IMG/VR virus record: IMGVR_UViG_3300022752_000015
Coordinates: 124,001 to 188,000 of that record
DNA: 64,000 bases
Direction: 5' to 3' (one strand)
This document shows, one piece after another, positions 37,364-48,000 of the stretch. The notes beneath the pieces were generated by a model. The model saw only the letters and a list, made by a program, of their open reading frames with translations. It did no database searches and was not told where the DNA came from. The stretch's first letter is position 1; each line of letters opens with the position of its first letter. The position numbers were made by a program, and so were the translations under genes.

Positions 37364-37371
37364 TATCATTT

Positions 37372-39027
37372 ATGAAAAAAATCTCTATTGAAGATTGGAA
37401 AATGTATTTTCCATTCGATAAGATTCGCAAAGAGCAAGAAGTCGCAATTAACTTTGCTTTAAACTCTTTCTTAAACGAAAATAAGAAGTATGTAATCTTA
37501 GAGCTAGGCACTGGCGTGGGTAAATCCGCAACAGGAATTACAATTGCTAGATACATGGAAAATCATGCTCCGATTTCAATTGGAGAGAATGGTGATCGTT
37601 TGGTTGGTTCTTACGTGGTTACAACGCAAAAAATTCTTCAAGAGCAGTATCTAAGAGACTTTGGCCCAAGTTGTGGGAAGAACCTTGTCAAATCTATAAA
37701 ATCTTCCAGCAACTATATGTGTTCTTTTTATTCAGATCAAACGTGCGCTGAATCTAAAAGAATCTTGATGAATTTAGGAAAACAGTTAAATGGAACTGAT
37801 TTTCAAAAAAACTGTAAAACTAATTGCAAGTATTCTATAGAAAAGCAAGAATTTATAGATTCTTCTATCGCTGTTACTAATTTTCCTTATCTTCTTGCAG
37901 AATCTACTTATGCAGGGAAATTAGAACCTAGAGCTATGCTTATCGTAGACGAAGCTCACAATGCTGAAACTGAGCTCGGAAAATTCATTGAGATTACTTT
38001 TTCAGAAAAATTTGCTAGAGACATTCTAAAGTGTAAGTCTCCAAAATCAGAATCTCAATCTGCTATTTTTGAATGGATTAATTCAACTTACAAAAAAGCT
38101 TTGTTGAAACATATTAAAGAAGTAGAAAAGGCTCTAGAAAAACTTAGTAATGATATTGAAGGATATGGCAATTTTTCAAAGCAATATGAGATTTTAGATA
38201 AACATGTGTGTAAAATCAATCGATTTACAGAAGTCTATAAACCTGAAAATTGGATCATGAACGTAGCTTTACCTTCATACGATAACAAGAAGGCAGGTAA
38301 AAAATTCGAATTTAAACCAATTGATGTTTCACCTTATGCATATTCAAGTTTTTTTAGATTAGGAAATAGAGTGTTGCTAATGTCTGCAACAATTGTCAAC
38401 AAAGAGATTTTTTCTCGATCTATAGGCATCGAAGAGAAAGATGTTTCTTATCTTTCTATACCTTCTCCATTTCCTGTAGAAAACAGACCTGTTCATTTTT
38501 TGCCTGTAGGATCTATGTCAAAATCGACGATTGATTCTACGCTACCAAAAATGGTAGAAGTTGTAAAATTGTTGCTAGAAAAGCATCCTCAAGAAAAAGG
38601 AATCATTCATTGTACTAATTTCAAAGTAGCAAAATACATCAAAGAGAATGTAGATTCTAATAGGTTAGTGCTTCATGATTCAAGCAATAGAGAAGAAATG
38701 CTAAAGTTTCATGTCAATAGCAAAGATCCAACTGTATTAGTCAGCCCTTCTATGATGGAAGGAGTAGACTTACATGATGATTTAAGTCGTTTTCAAATTA
38801 TATGCAAGATTCCTTTCCCTTATCTAGGAGACTTGGTCGTAAAAAAGAGAATGGAAAAAAACAAGTTTTGGTATCCTTATATGACAGCCAAATCAATAAT
38901 CCAATCTTTAGGTAGATCAATTAGGAATGAAAGTGACCATGCAATCTCTTACATATTAGATTCTGATTGGGAAAAGTTTTTTCGAATGAACAGAACGTTA
39001 TTTGACGAGACATTTAAAATTTTTTAA
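37372..39027 (+). CDS. DinG/Rad3/XPD-family SF2 helicase
   Basis: Q motif RKEQ, ELGTGVGKS, four Fe-S-like Cys, DEAHN, MSAT, SPF, EGVDL, KIPFP, QSLGRSIR. Confidence 0.85.
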   Translation: MKKISIEDWKMYFPFDKIRKEQEVAINFALNSFLNENKKYVILELGTGVGKSATGITIARYMENHAPISIGENGDRLVGSYVVTTQKILQEQYLRDFGPSCGKNLVKSIKSSSNYMCSFYSDQTCAESKRILMNLGKQLNGTDFQKNCKTNCKYSIEKQEFIDSSIAVTNFPYLLAESTYAGKLEPRAMLIVDEAHNAETELGKFIEITFSEKFARDILKCKSPKSESQSAIFEWINSTYKKALLKHIKEVEKALEKLSNDIEGYGNFSKQYEILDKHVCKINRFTEVYKPENWIMNVALPSYDNKKAGKKFEFKPIDVSPYAYSSFFRLGNRVLLMSATIVNKEIFSRSIGIEEKDVSYLSIPSPFPVENRPVHFLPVGSMSKSTIDSTLPKMVEVVKLLLEKHPQEKGIIHCTNFKVAKYIKENVDSNRLVLHDSSNREEMLKFHVNSKDPTVLVSPSMMEGVDLHDDLSRFQIICKIPFPYLGDLVVKKRMEKNKFWYPYMTAKSIIQSLGRSIRNESDHAISYILDSDWEKFFRMNRTLFDETFKIF

Positions 39028-39080
39028 GATATTTACCTGCAAACGTGATTCCGTATATTAATTCTGGAGGTAACAATCAA

Positions 39081-39284
39081 ATGTCCGATAATGAAGTTTT
39101 AGCAAAATGGAATGAAGTTAAATCTTTAGTTGAATCTCTTGAACATGACGTTGCAAAGTCAGCTAGAGGCGTCGCGGCGGCAGGCGTCAGAGTTAGAAAA
39201 GGATTAAGAGAATTAAAGACAAAAGCATCCGACATGGTGAAAACAACGATTGCTTTTGAAAAAAGTTCAAAAGATTCAAAGTGA
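39081..39284 (+). CDS. Histone H1-like (Hc1-type) small DNA-binding protein
   Basis: 67 aa; LVESLEHDVAKSARGVAAAGVRVRKGLRELK resembles the G(N)KAAG.R.RK core of Hc1-like proteins; GGAGG at 39066-39070. Confidence 0.7.
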   Translation: MSDNEVLAKWNEVKSLVESLEHDVAKSARGVAAAGVRVRKGLRELKTKASDMVKTTIAFEKSSKDSK

Positions 39285-39293
39285 ATAATTATT

Positions 39294-39317
39294 AAACGGG
39301 TGCTGAAGCACCCGTTT
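39294..39317 (+). terminator. Intrinsic terminator-like hairpin
   Basis: aaacgggtgct-ga-agcacccgttt perfect stem just after the Hc1-like stop; the U-tract is short. Confidence 0.55.
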
Positions 39318-39355
39318 GAATTAATATTCAAATTTTAATTGAATAAGAGGAAAAA

Positions 39356-39769
39356 ATGCCAGCACCTAGAGCAGTCCTAGCAGATATCTTAAACTTGGGA
39401 TTAGATCCAAAAAAATCCCATAGATCTTTGTCTAAAGATGGAAAGCTTAAGAATGCTTCTTTAGAAAAGAAGAAAGATCTTAAACCAGGTTTTGTTTTTG
39501 TACCGACGCAAGAAGAATCCGCCAAGGTGGAAACTCTAAAGCAAGAAAAGCATACCGAAATTATGGACGTTAGTCCTAACGTTGAAAACGAAAAAGTTAC
39601 CATTACTACTGATGCTTCCTTAAAAGAAAAAGAAGCTGACACTACATCCACAATTATTAAAGAAAAAGTGGAAGTTAATTTTTCAACTGATAAAAGTGTT
39701 GATGAACAGTCAGAAAAGCAAAAGAAAAAGCAATTATTTCAAAAGAAATCATTATCAAACAACAGCTGA
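39356..39769 (+). CDS. Hypothetical Lys/Glu-rich protein
   Basis: 137 aa; GAGG RBS; MPAPRAVLADI head followed by a low-complexity tail. Confidence 0.55.
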   Translation: MPAPRAVLADILNLGLDPKKSHRSLSKDGKLKNASLEKKKDLKPGFVFVPTQEESAKVETLKQEKHTEIMDVSPNVENEKVTITTDASLKEKEADTTSTIIKEKVEVNFSTDKSVDEQSEKQKKKQLFQKKSLSNNS

Positions 39770-40017
39770 AACTTTAACTTTTGAATGATGTTTTTTTCTA
39801 TTTGACAAATTCTCATTCTTGTCAATCCATATATTTTTCCTATATTTTGTAGGGTATATGGTCCTTTTTGAGCTGCAATGATTACACAGTTTTGATTATT
39901 TTTATCATTCATGTAATTTTTGCAGCTGTCTTTATTGCAGTTGACGTTGTATTTAGCATGCGTCTCAAAGCAAGTAGCTGATTGTTTTAGTATTGGTAAA
40001 CTTTTGCCTTTTGTCAT
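39739..40017 (-). CDS. Stand-alone sigma70 region-4 HTH protein with Cys-rich N-terminus
   Basis: PYTLQNIGKIYGLTRMRICQIEKNIIQKLK matches sigma region 4.2 (TL.EIG..F..TRERIRQIE..AL.KL); C..C...C...C N-part. Confidence 0.7.
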   Translation of the reverse strand: MTKGKSLPILKQSATCFETHAKYNVNCNKDSCKNYMNDKNNQNCVIIAAQKGPYTLQNIGKIYGLTRMRICQIEKNIIQKLKFQLLFDNDFF

Positions 40018-40080
40018 TAGAATTTGTTTATACTTTAGGCAAAAAAAGGTACATTGTTCAAAGAAGATATTGAAATCAAC

Positions 40081-41472
40081 ATGAAAAAAACATACGTCCT
40101 TGACACGAACGTTCTTTTAAGCGATCCTAATGCTATATTTTCATTTCAAGATAATGATGTCATTATTCCAATGGTGGTTTTAGAGGAATTAGACCACCAT
40201 AAAAGCAGAATGGATGAAGTAGGACACAACGCCAGAAGCGTGAGCAGAACGTTGGATGGTATGAGATCATCTAATGATAGTTTGATAGACGGAGTTGCAT
40301 TGCCTGAAGGCGGAATTTTACGAGTAGTATCAGTTGATTCTACAGTTGTAAAAGAAAAACTACCAGTAGAACTAGATCCAACGAAGGCAGACAACGTAAT
40401 CATAAGCTTAATGTTAGGATTACCAAGAGATTACATACTGGTTTCTAAAGATATTAACGTAAGAATTAAGTGTGATGCTTTAGGAATAGTATCTGAAGAT
40501 TATTTGAAATTAAGAATTACTAATGATCCAAAAACTTTTTACAAAGGAGTAGAAGTTGTAGAGCTATCTGAAGATGAAATAGACAATTTTTATCATCAGG
40601 AAAAATTAGTAATCGATGTTCCTCAAGTCAGATATCCAAACCAAGTCGTCATAATCAAGCACGTAGAGAACGAAAAGACAGTAAAATCAGCAATAACGAA
40701 GTTAAAAGTTGTTGACGGAGTTAAAACACTTGTTCCAATCGAGAAGTTTGAAAGTGTTTTTGGGTTAAAACCTAGAAACAAAGAACAAGCATTTTCTTTA
40801 GATTTGCTTTTTGATCCTGACGTTAAACTTTTAACCTTGGTCGGGTTAAGTGGAAGTGGAAAAACCCTATTAGCGTTAGCCGCAGCATTAGAACAGCTAA
40901 AAGGAATAGGAAGTCCAGAAGTAGCCAGATATTCAAAGTTGATAGTAACTAAGCCAGTTCAACCCGTAGGAAAAGATATCGGATTTTTGCCTGGAACTTT
41001 ACAGGAAAAAATGGAACCCTGGATATCTCCTATCAAAGACAATTTAAATTTCTTAATGGGAAGTAAGAGAGGCAACGCAGCAAAAGTCAGAGGCGGAACA
41101 AAAGCAGATAGCGGGTGGAACAAGACCGATAGCAACGCGTATTTGTCTTTAATGCAAGAAAAAGGGTTAATTGAGATTGAAGCGATCACCTTCATCAGAG
41201 GAAGATCTATACCTAATTCTTTTATAGTCATTGATGAAGCGCAAAATCTTACTATGCATGAATTAAAGACGATTATAACCAGAGTAGGAGACGGAACAAA
41301 AATAGTTCTTACTGGAGATATTGAGCAGATCGACAATGTGCATGTTGATGCATACACATGCGGTTTAACATACGCAATTGAAAAATTTAAAGAGTATGAT
41401 ATAGCTGGACACGTTACTATGCTAAAAGGAGAAAGAAGCGAACTTGCTACATTGGCTTCTCAAATATTGTAA
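40081..41472 (+). CDS. phoH: PIN-PhoH (PhoH2/YlaK-like) protein
   Basis: YVLDTNVLL...VLEELD...ADNVII...LVSKDINVRIK (PIN); PRNKEQ, GLSGSGKT, IGFLPG, FIRGRS, IDEAQN, TGDIEQID (PhoH). Confidence 0.9.
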   Translation: MKKTYVLDTNVLLSDPNAIFSFQDNDVIIPMVVLEELDHHKSRMDEVGHNARSVSRTLDGMRSSNDSLIDGVALPEGGILRVVSVDSTVVKEKLPVELDPTKADNVIISLMLGLPRDYILVSKDINVRIKCDALGIVSEDYLKLRITNDPKTFYKGVEVVELSEDEIDNFYHQEKLVIDVPQVRYPNQVVIIKHVENEKTVKSAITKLKVVDGVKTLVPIEKFESVFGLKPRNKEQAFSLDLLFDPDVKLLTLVGLSGSGKTLLALAAALEQLKGIGSPEVARYSKLIVTKPVQPVGKDIGFLPGTLQEKMEPWISPIKDNLNFLMGSKRGNAAKVRGGTKADSGWNKTDSNAYLSLMQEKGLIEIEAITFIRGRSIPNSFIVIDEAQNLTMHELKTIITRVGDGTKIVLTGDIEQIDNVHVDAYTCGLTYAIEKFKEYDIAGHVTMLKGERSELATLASQIL

Positions 41473-41502
41473 ATTGTTTGGTTGCATATAATGACATCAA
41501 AC

Positions 41503-41512
41503 ATAATTTATT
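41503..41512 (+). promoter_or_regulatory. Putative late-promoter motif ATAATTTATT
   Basis: Three nt before the ATG of the structural module; the identical 10-mer precedes 35676(-) at 35679-35688. Confidence 0.45.
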
Positions 41513-41515
41513 GCT

Positions 41516-42499
41516 ATGAGTGGTATATTAGACAGCCGAAAACGTATCATGGATACCATCGTTACGTTGGAAGGCAGGAAGCAAATTGCTGATGGAAAAT
41601 TAAAGATAGAATACATCAGCTTTACTGATAGTTCCACTTTTTATAGTGCGGATGTCGTTAGCGGATCTGCTGATGTAACCAAAAGATTGTATTTTGAGCA
41701 ATGTCATTTACCTCAAGATCAAATCACTTTTGAAGCAGATGATTCAGGAAAATTAAAACCGTTCAAAAACGCTAACGAAATTGACGTATTGAATGGAAAA
41801 TTATCCAAAAAAGTCATTAATCAAGTCTTTGAAGGTTCTTCTAGAGAAGAGACTGTTTATTTGACAGGCTCTCAGTTTGCTTCAACAGCAGAGAGCTTGT
41901 TGAACTCTTCAATAGATAACTACAAAAAGCTTTATGTCTTAGGAACTAGAGATTATTTGTTTGAAGATGATGGATTTGGTATTGGAAATAACGAGATAGA
42001 ATTTAAGATATTGAAAGACAATCCAATTTCTAGCCCGCAATTTTATGAAAAAAACTTGAATGACATACCAAGTTTATTCAACGATAAGCTACTAAGTAAT
42101 GTATTAAATTTCAAATTTTTGCCGCCAATAAACAAGGTGCAAAACGATTTGGTGGACAAATCTTCAAAAGAAATAATCGAATCTAACAAGATCGGCGATT
42201 ATCAACCTTTAAATCAAGCTGAAAAGTATAATTTTGTTCAACTAGAAGACGATTTAGCAAACTTTGAAAAATTAGGATACAAAAAAACTATAGTTTTTGA
42301 TCCGACGTCTTTAAATAACAAATTAGTTTCTCAATTCTTTGAAGTGAACGAAGAAGAAATGAAAAAACTAGACGTGATAGATTACGGATCTTATCGTTAC
42401 AAAAATAAGATGAAACAAGCATTTTTCGTAGGAAAAGTGTTGTTGGATGATAATGGTACTAACACGTTCGTTAGACTTTTTACAGTGGTTTTTGAATAG
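41516..42499 (+). CDS. Putative tail/baseplate structural protein
   Basis: N-terminus GILDSRKRIMDTIVTLEGRKQIADG...ISFTD is paralogous to 50942..51661 (GFLD...LDAVLTDTGRQFLS...FALGD). Confidence 0.5.
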   Translation: MSGILDSRKRIMDTIVTLEGRKQIADGKLKIEYISFTDSSTFYSADVVSGSADVTKRLYFEQCHLPQDQITFEADDSGKLKPFKNANEIDVLNGKLSKKVINQVFEGSSREETVYLTGSQFASTAESLLNSSIDNYKKLYVLGTRDYLFEDDGFGIGNNEIEFKILKDNPISSPQFYEKNLNDIPSLFNDKLLSNVLNFKFLPPINKVQNDLVDKSSKEIIESNKIGDYQPLNQAEKYNFVQLEDDLANFEKLGYKKTIVFDPTSLNNKLVSQFFEVNEEEMKKLDVIDYGSYRYKNKMKQAFFVGKVLLDDNGTNTFVRLFTVVFE

Positions 42500-42517
42500 C
42501 AAAGGTAAATAACTGTT

Positions 42518-45007
42518 ATGTACTTTAATCCAGCAAATAACGTAAAAGGATTATTAGAAATAGATGATAATTTTGCCGAGTTGGTAGAAATTACAGGACC
42601 ACCAGCTTCTTCTAGTTCTGATTTTAAAAGCCAACGTATTGATTCATGTTTAAAGTTTAAATTTACTTACAAGGTTTCTCAAATAAAAGTCACGCAAGAG
42701 AATGCGTTGTTAGTTAGAATCACAGTAAAAAAGAAAAACAAAACAAAAAATAGCATTACTCAATCTACTAAAGTAGGATCAGTTGATACTAAAAAGTTAG
42801 TAGAAAATATCTTAATGCAAAAGATAAACATTGTCAATTCAAACAAAGAAGAGAAAGATTCTATAATACTGGTCAAAGAATCTGATATTGGTTCAAGAGT
42901 AAACAACCAAATCTTAAATGCTCTAAAAAATGGTGACGACATAAGCGAGCTTAAAGGATTAAAAAAATCCAAGCTAGTGTTCTTAGCAAAAAACGAAATA
43001 AATAATTTTTCAAAGAACTCCATTTTAGAAGCTCAAGTAGGGCATAACTCTGTAGAAATAAAAGACAATGATACATTGTTGAAAAACAATCTTTCTACAT
43101 TCGTTAATGTCAAGAATGAAAGACTAAAGCTAATCTTCAATAAAGAAAATTCGCCATCTCAGATAACTCAACTCTCAGATAGATCTTTATCAATTCATAA
43201 TGCATCTTCAGGAACTTCTAGAAAACAAAAAACAGAAGAATATGCAGGAGACATAAAAACAAAATTACTTAATGCTCATCTTTTTGAGGGTCAAAGAAAT
43301 CTTGAAACAAAAAAAGATTTTTTTGCATCTATTCAAGATATTTTTGACGATAAAATTTTGATAGATACTGAAATTAACATAAAAGAATCAGTTGCAAAAG
43401 ATCAGTCTACGGTTTTGGTCAGCTTCGAACTTCTAAAGTCAACAACAAAAAAATCTGGCGTTAAAGAAGTCAAGGTTATCGAAAAAATAGAAAAAGATCT
43501 AAACATACAGTCTTACATTTCGAATCTTTTTCGTCCTACGACTCCGCCTCTTGTTAGATTTTCAAAGACAAATCAAAACATCACTTTCAAAATAAAACAA
43601 TTGGATGCAAACGCTAATTTTGTTTCGGTGTATAAACGAACAATAAACAATGGAAATTTAAGAGAGAAATATGTAAAACTAGCTTCTGTTCCTGTTACAA
43701 CGAAAGAAGGAGAAGCTAGTTTCAACATTATTAATTTAAAAGACAACATAGCGATTTTTCGATTTGTGCCTTTTAACGGGATAACAAAAATTCAATCTTA
43801 TGAATTTACTGATGTGGTGATAAGAGATAATCCTAGAGTAAATGAAAGAAAATTAATCATTATTCCTTCCTTATCGAAACAAGGAGGAGAAGGAATAGAG
43901 ATAACAGCACATAACGATTATTTGCCAGACGTCGTCGCCGCTAAACTCTTAGTAAGAAACGCAACCACTGGAAAGAAAAACTTTGAAGTTGTAAATAATT
44001 TTAATTTTTCTGATAAACAAAACAGCTCTAGATTAATTGTAAAAAATTTAATCCCATATAACCTTTACGAATTTAAGACGATTTTAATTACCGAAATGGG
44101 AGATGAAATACCATCAAATTATTCTGCTTGTCTAGAGTATATTCCGCCCGTTGGAACTCCGCTAAACGTTGTTATATCTAAACCGTTAACTGTTTCTAAC
44201 AGTGGAAATACCATAGACGTTCAATTTTCTGTGGCTGCTAACGTAGTTGATGATCAAACCAAGATGCTGAGGACTATGTTGGATCAATTGCAGATTTCAG
44301 ATCCCGTAGGTAGAAGCACGCTTTCTGAATTAATAGCATTCAGCATAACCAGATACAACACGTTAACGGGCGATGTCGATGACATGGGAATCATTTCCAA
44401 TGATTCTACTTTTTCTGATTCTATAGAATCAGGTAAAAGAGGAATAAAGACAGTAGAAATCGGCCAATCTTACAAGTACATAATATATCCGTTGGTCAGA
44501 GATCCAAATACCGTCGTTGACAAAGTCATCGACATGGTTGATACTGAAACAAAGAAAAGTTACAAAATAACCCCACAAAAACACCACCATCCAGCGACCT
44601 TGTTAAAAGGAAATGTTGTATCAGATCACTTTATAAAAAACGACCCAAGACCAGAGATGATGAAAGGTATGCTTGGAATTAGTTATGAAGTTCCTATCTC
44701 ATTTGCCAATAAAAATCCGCGGATAAATGGTCTTTCAATTAGACAAACGAATAGCAAAAATTATCTAACTTGGAAAATTGATGGAGATCCTAATTTAATT
44801 GATCATATACTTGTAATGAAAACAACTGATGACGTTAGAACCTTGGTGGGCAAGTCGGCTAGCTTTTCTGATTTGCATAATTTTATTCATAACTTAACAA
44901 AAGATGATATAGGACTTGTTTCTTACCTTTTGACGCCCGTTTATTTAGATTATACTTCAGGTAATACTGTAGAATCTTCTAAGATTTTAATAGAACAGGC
45001 AAATTAA
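42518..45007 (+). CDS. Large hypothetical protein, C-terminal Ig/FN3-like beta-sandwich repeats (putative virion)
   Basis: 829 aa; VKNLIPYNLYEFK, VEIGQSYKYIIYP, YLTWKID FN3-like patterns. Confidence 0.45.
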   Translation: MYFNPANNVKGLLEIDDNFAELVEITGPPASSSSDFKSQRIDSCLKFKFTYKVSQIKVTQENALLVRITVKKKNKTKNSITQSTKVGSVDTKKLVENILMQKINIVNSNKEEKDSIILVKESDIGSRVNNQILNALKNGDDISELKGLKKSKLVFLAKNEINNFSKNSILEAQVGHNSVEIKDNDTLLKNNLSTFVNVKNERLKLIFNKENSPSQITQLSDRSLSIHNASSGTSRKQKTEEYAGDIKTKLLNAHLFEGQRNLETKKDFFASIQDIFDDKILIDTEINIKESVAKDQSTVLVSFELLKSTTKKSGVKEVKVIEKIEKDLNIQSYISNLFRPTTPPLVRFSKTNQNITFKIKQLDANANFVSVYKRTINNGNLREKYVKLASVPVTTKEGEASFNIINLKDNIAIFRFVPFNGITKIQSYEFTDVVIRDNPRVNERKLIIIPSLSKQGGEGIEITAHNDYLPDVVAAKLLVRNATTGKKNFEVVNNFNFSDKQNSSRLIVKNLIPYNLYEFKTILITEMGDEIPSNYSACLEYIPPVGTPLNVVISKPLTVSNSGNTIDVQFSVAANVVDDQTKMLRTMLDQLQISDPVGRSTLSELIAFSITRYNTLTGDVDDMGIISNDSTFSDSIESGKRGIKTVEIGQSYKYIIYPLVRDPNTVVDKVIDMVDTETKKSYKITPQKHHHPATLLKGNVVSDHFIKNDPRPEMMKGMLGISYEVPISFANKNPRINGLSIRQTNSKNYLTWKIDGDPNLIDHILVMKTTDDVRTLVGKSASFSDLHNFIHNLTKDDIGLVSYLLTPVYLDYTSGNTVESSKILIEQAN

Positions 45008-45036
45008 AAGCGCAATAAATTAAAGAAGGATCAAAG

Positions 45037-48000
45037 ATGTTTAGATTCCCTAAGTCAAGCAATGGAACGTTTCTTAAGTCAGGAAACATGCAAACAAGAG
45101 TTGTTAGTTCTGATTCAAACAACTCTAGAAAAACATCTACCGTTTATATACCAAAAAAAGACCTAGATCCGTCTTCTGATCCGTCTGCAACTTCTACAAA
45201 TTCTCATAAACGTAAGTTAACAAAATATGAAGAACTAGCAAATCTTTCAGAAGACAGACCTGAAATGATTGCGCTAACTAATTTTTCTCCTATCTTGACT
45301 GATTCTCAAACAAAGACTGCATATGGAGAATTATTCGATCTATACGTAGAAACATTAAGGCAGATTGATGCTTCAACTCAATCTGCCATGAACTCAGAAA
45401 AAAATAAGAAGTTAATAAAAGACAACAACAAACAGTTCAAACAACAAATTTCCATTTTGAGAAACAGATTGAGCGAACTCAATAACATTCTTAAAATGTT
45501 AGCAACAGCCAACAAGAACATTAATTCTCACAACTCAATATACAGATTTTCTCCAACTGAGTTTGTTTCTAGAATGTTTGAAGGCTCGCAAAGAAAAACT
45601 AAAAAAGAAGATTTAGATGCCATAGCAGAAAAGCTACCTGAAACATTAACCCTAGAAACATCTCTGGCAGATGCTATCATCTCTACGCCTTCAACTGCAA
45701 AAAATTATTCTTCTACAAAGCTATGGTTGATGTGTGTAGGTGAATTAGCAAAATTAATAAAAACTCACTCAAAGAAGTCTTTGAATGTAAATCCGCTTGA
45801 AGAAAAGCAGTCATCTATTAAAGGGCAGATTCCTCCTCTCGATGGTGGAAAAAACAGGATATCATTAAGTAGTATTCAAAAAAATGCTAATGTACCTTCA
45901 AATTTAGTGATTGCTCCCACTTTTCAAACTTCTCTTACTGATTCAGAACAAAAAAAATTAGAGCAAGCACAAAAAGACTTAAAAAATCTTGGAGTTTCTT
46001 TCGAAATTCCAACAGGAGTAAAAGATCAAAAAGTAAATCAACAGAAGTTAAATTCCGACTTAACATCTCTTGCTTCTAATTTAAAAGTATCTATGTTAGA
46101 AATAGATACAGCTCTTAACAATAATTTAAAAAGCGAAAATTATATAGCTCCTGTATTGATTCACTTGTTGTCAAAAGAGTTGAGACATTCTGCTTGTTTC
46201 GATCAAAACTTCCAATTTTTAAGAAATTTTCGTTCAACTGGGACAGGAGTCGTTAACTCTACAAATTACATTGAAAAAATATTTGGACAAGACCCAGGCG
46301 GTTTTGATGTTTTTCAGGCACCCAGTAAAAATGTTAACGTAAATTCATTTTCTTTATTTGATCTTACTTACTCTAGACATGTAGAAGATAGCTCTAAAAT
46401 AGTGTTAACTCTTGAAGAGAATGAATCTTCTAACATGTCTACAACATTGGTTCCTGGAGGTCGTTATTTTTTTGATTCACAAGCGCTATTCAATAACATA
46501 TCTCAAAATAGCATAAATCTATCTAGAATGTTTGAAATTTCTAGAGAAATTGAAAGATTAGATTCTGGCTTTTTTGAAATTATTTCAAACTTTGGATTTT
46601 TGCCGATAGATGACAGCATGTTTGAGACCATGAAAAATGACAGTTCTCAAAAACCTTCATTTACATCCTTTAATCCAGCAACTTTTGCTAAAAATATTCT
46701 TAATGTTCTTGTCGATGGAGAAGGAAACTCTAAAACGTATGATTTTGCCGATAGAGAATCAGATCTTGAGATATTTGCTCAAAAAGACAGGGGAATAGTT
46801 GCTATTTTAGCAAAAGCTGGAGAAAACAGTGATTTTGGTAGAGAACTAAGAGCTTCTCTATTAATTTCTTTGATTGAATTAGTGGAAGATTCTGTTAACG
46901 CAGGTAATAATGATGAAAATCTAAAGATGCTCTTGATTAATGAATCCAAAAACGTTCCTCCTGAGTTATTATCTCAAATAATCGCCGACCGCGCCGCATT
47001 TTCAGCTTTTTTTGGCGTGAGCAATTATAATGATATCTTTCAAAAGACTGCAGAAGTTCTTAAAACATCATTGACAGCTAATTACGAAAGCAAAAATATA
47101 ATCAATAGAATTCCTTGCAAATATGATAACACTGCAGATTTAGGAAATTCTCTAAGAAGTAACAAGTTATTTCTTTCAATTGTTAACATAATAAAAGATA
47201 TCAAGGCTGCATTCTCTAACTATGCGACTTCAAGTTCTACCAATAACACTATTTTCTCTGAATTAAACATTAATACAATAATTGTGCTAGCTTTTACTGT
47301 TATTTGCTCGTTAGTCAAGAAATTCTCAGACAACAATTTTGCTGCTACTAATGCATTTCAAGATTTTTTAACGCCATACTCAAATGGCATAAATCTTTCA
47401 ACGGCCAATGGAAATTTTTCATTAACCCCTGAAGACAAAAAATTTCTCGTAAGCGTAGGAGCTTCCTTTTACGAACTTGTCGTATATGTTGATTCTAATC
47501 CAACAAATCATTCTATAGGCCAACAAGAAATTATCTCCATAATTGAAGACGAAATGAAAACTTTGACTTCAATGATATTTTCTGTAACCAATTTTTTGGA
47601 TACCTTGAATGGAAAAATTCAAACGATATACAACACGATTAACAAATTCAATAAAGAAGCAATAGCTTATTTGCTAGGATATCTGGAAACTACTGAAAAG
47701 TTGTCAATTTTGATGAGAGAGCAACAACTTATGATGTTGCTCTCATCAGTAGAAGATGTGTATCAAAATTTTCAAACTTTTACTGAAAACTTTTCGACGG
47801 AAGAAACTGATCCTGATATGATCTTAGCGACCAAGTATCTTAAAAGCTTGCATTATTCTCCACAAATGGTATCAGTTTTACAAAGATTCTTTTCAGACTC
47901 AGAATTCACTGAGACAAAAGGATACAATAAAAAAATTGCCACAATTGGAATTCCGCAAGGGTTGCTTAAAGGTTTGTTAAAAAATCCCTTGATGGCTGAC

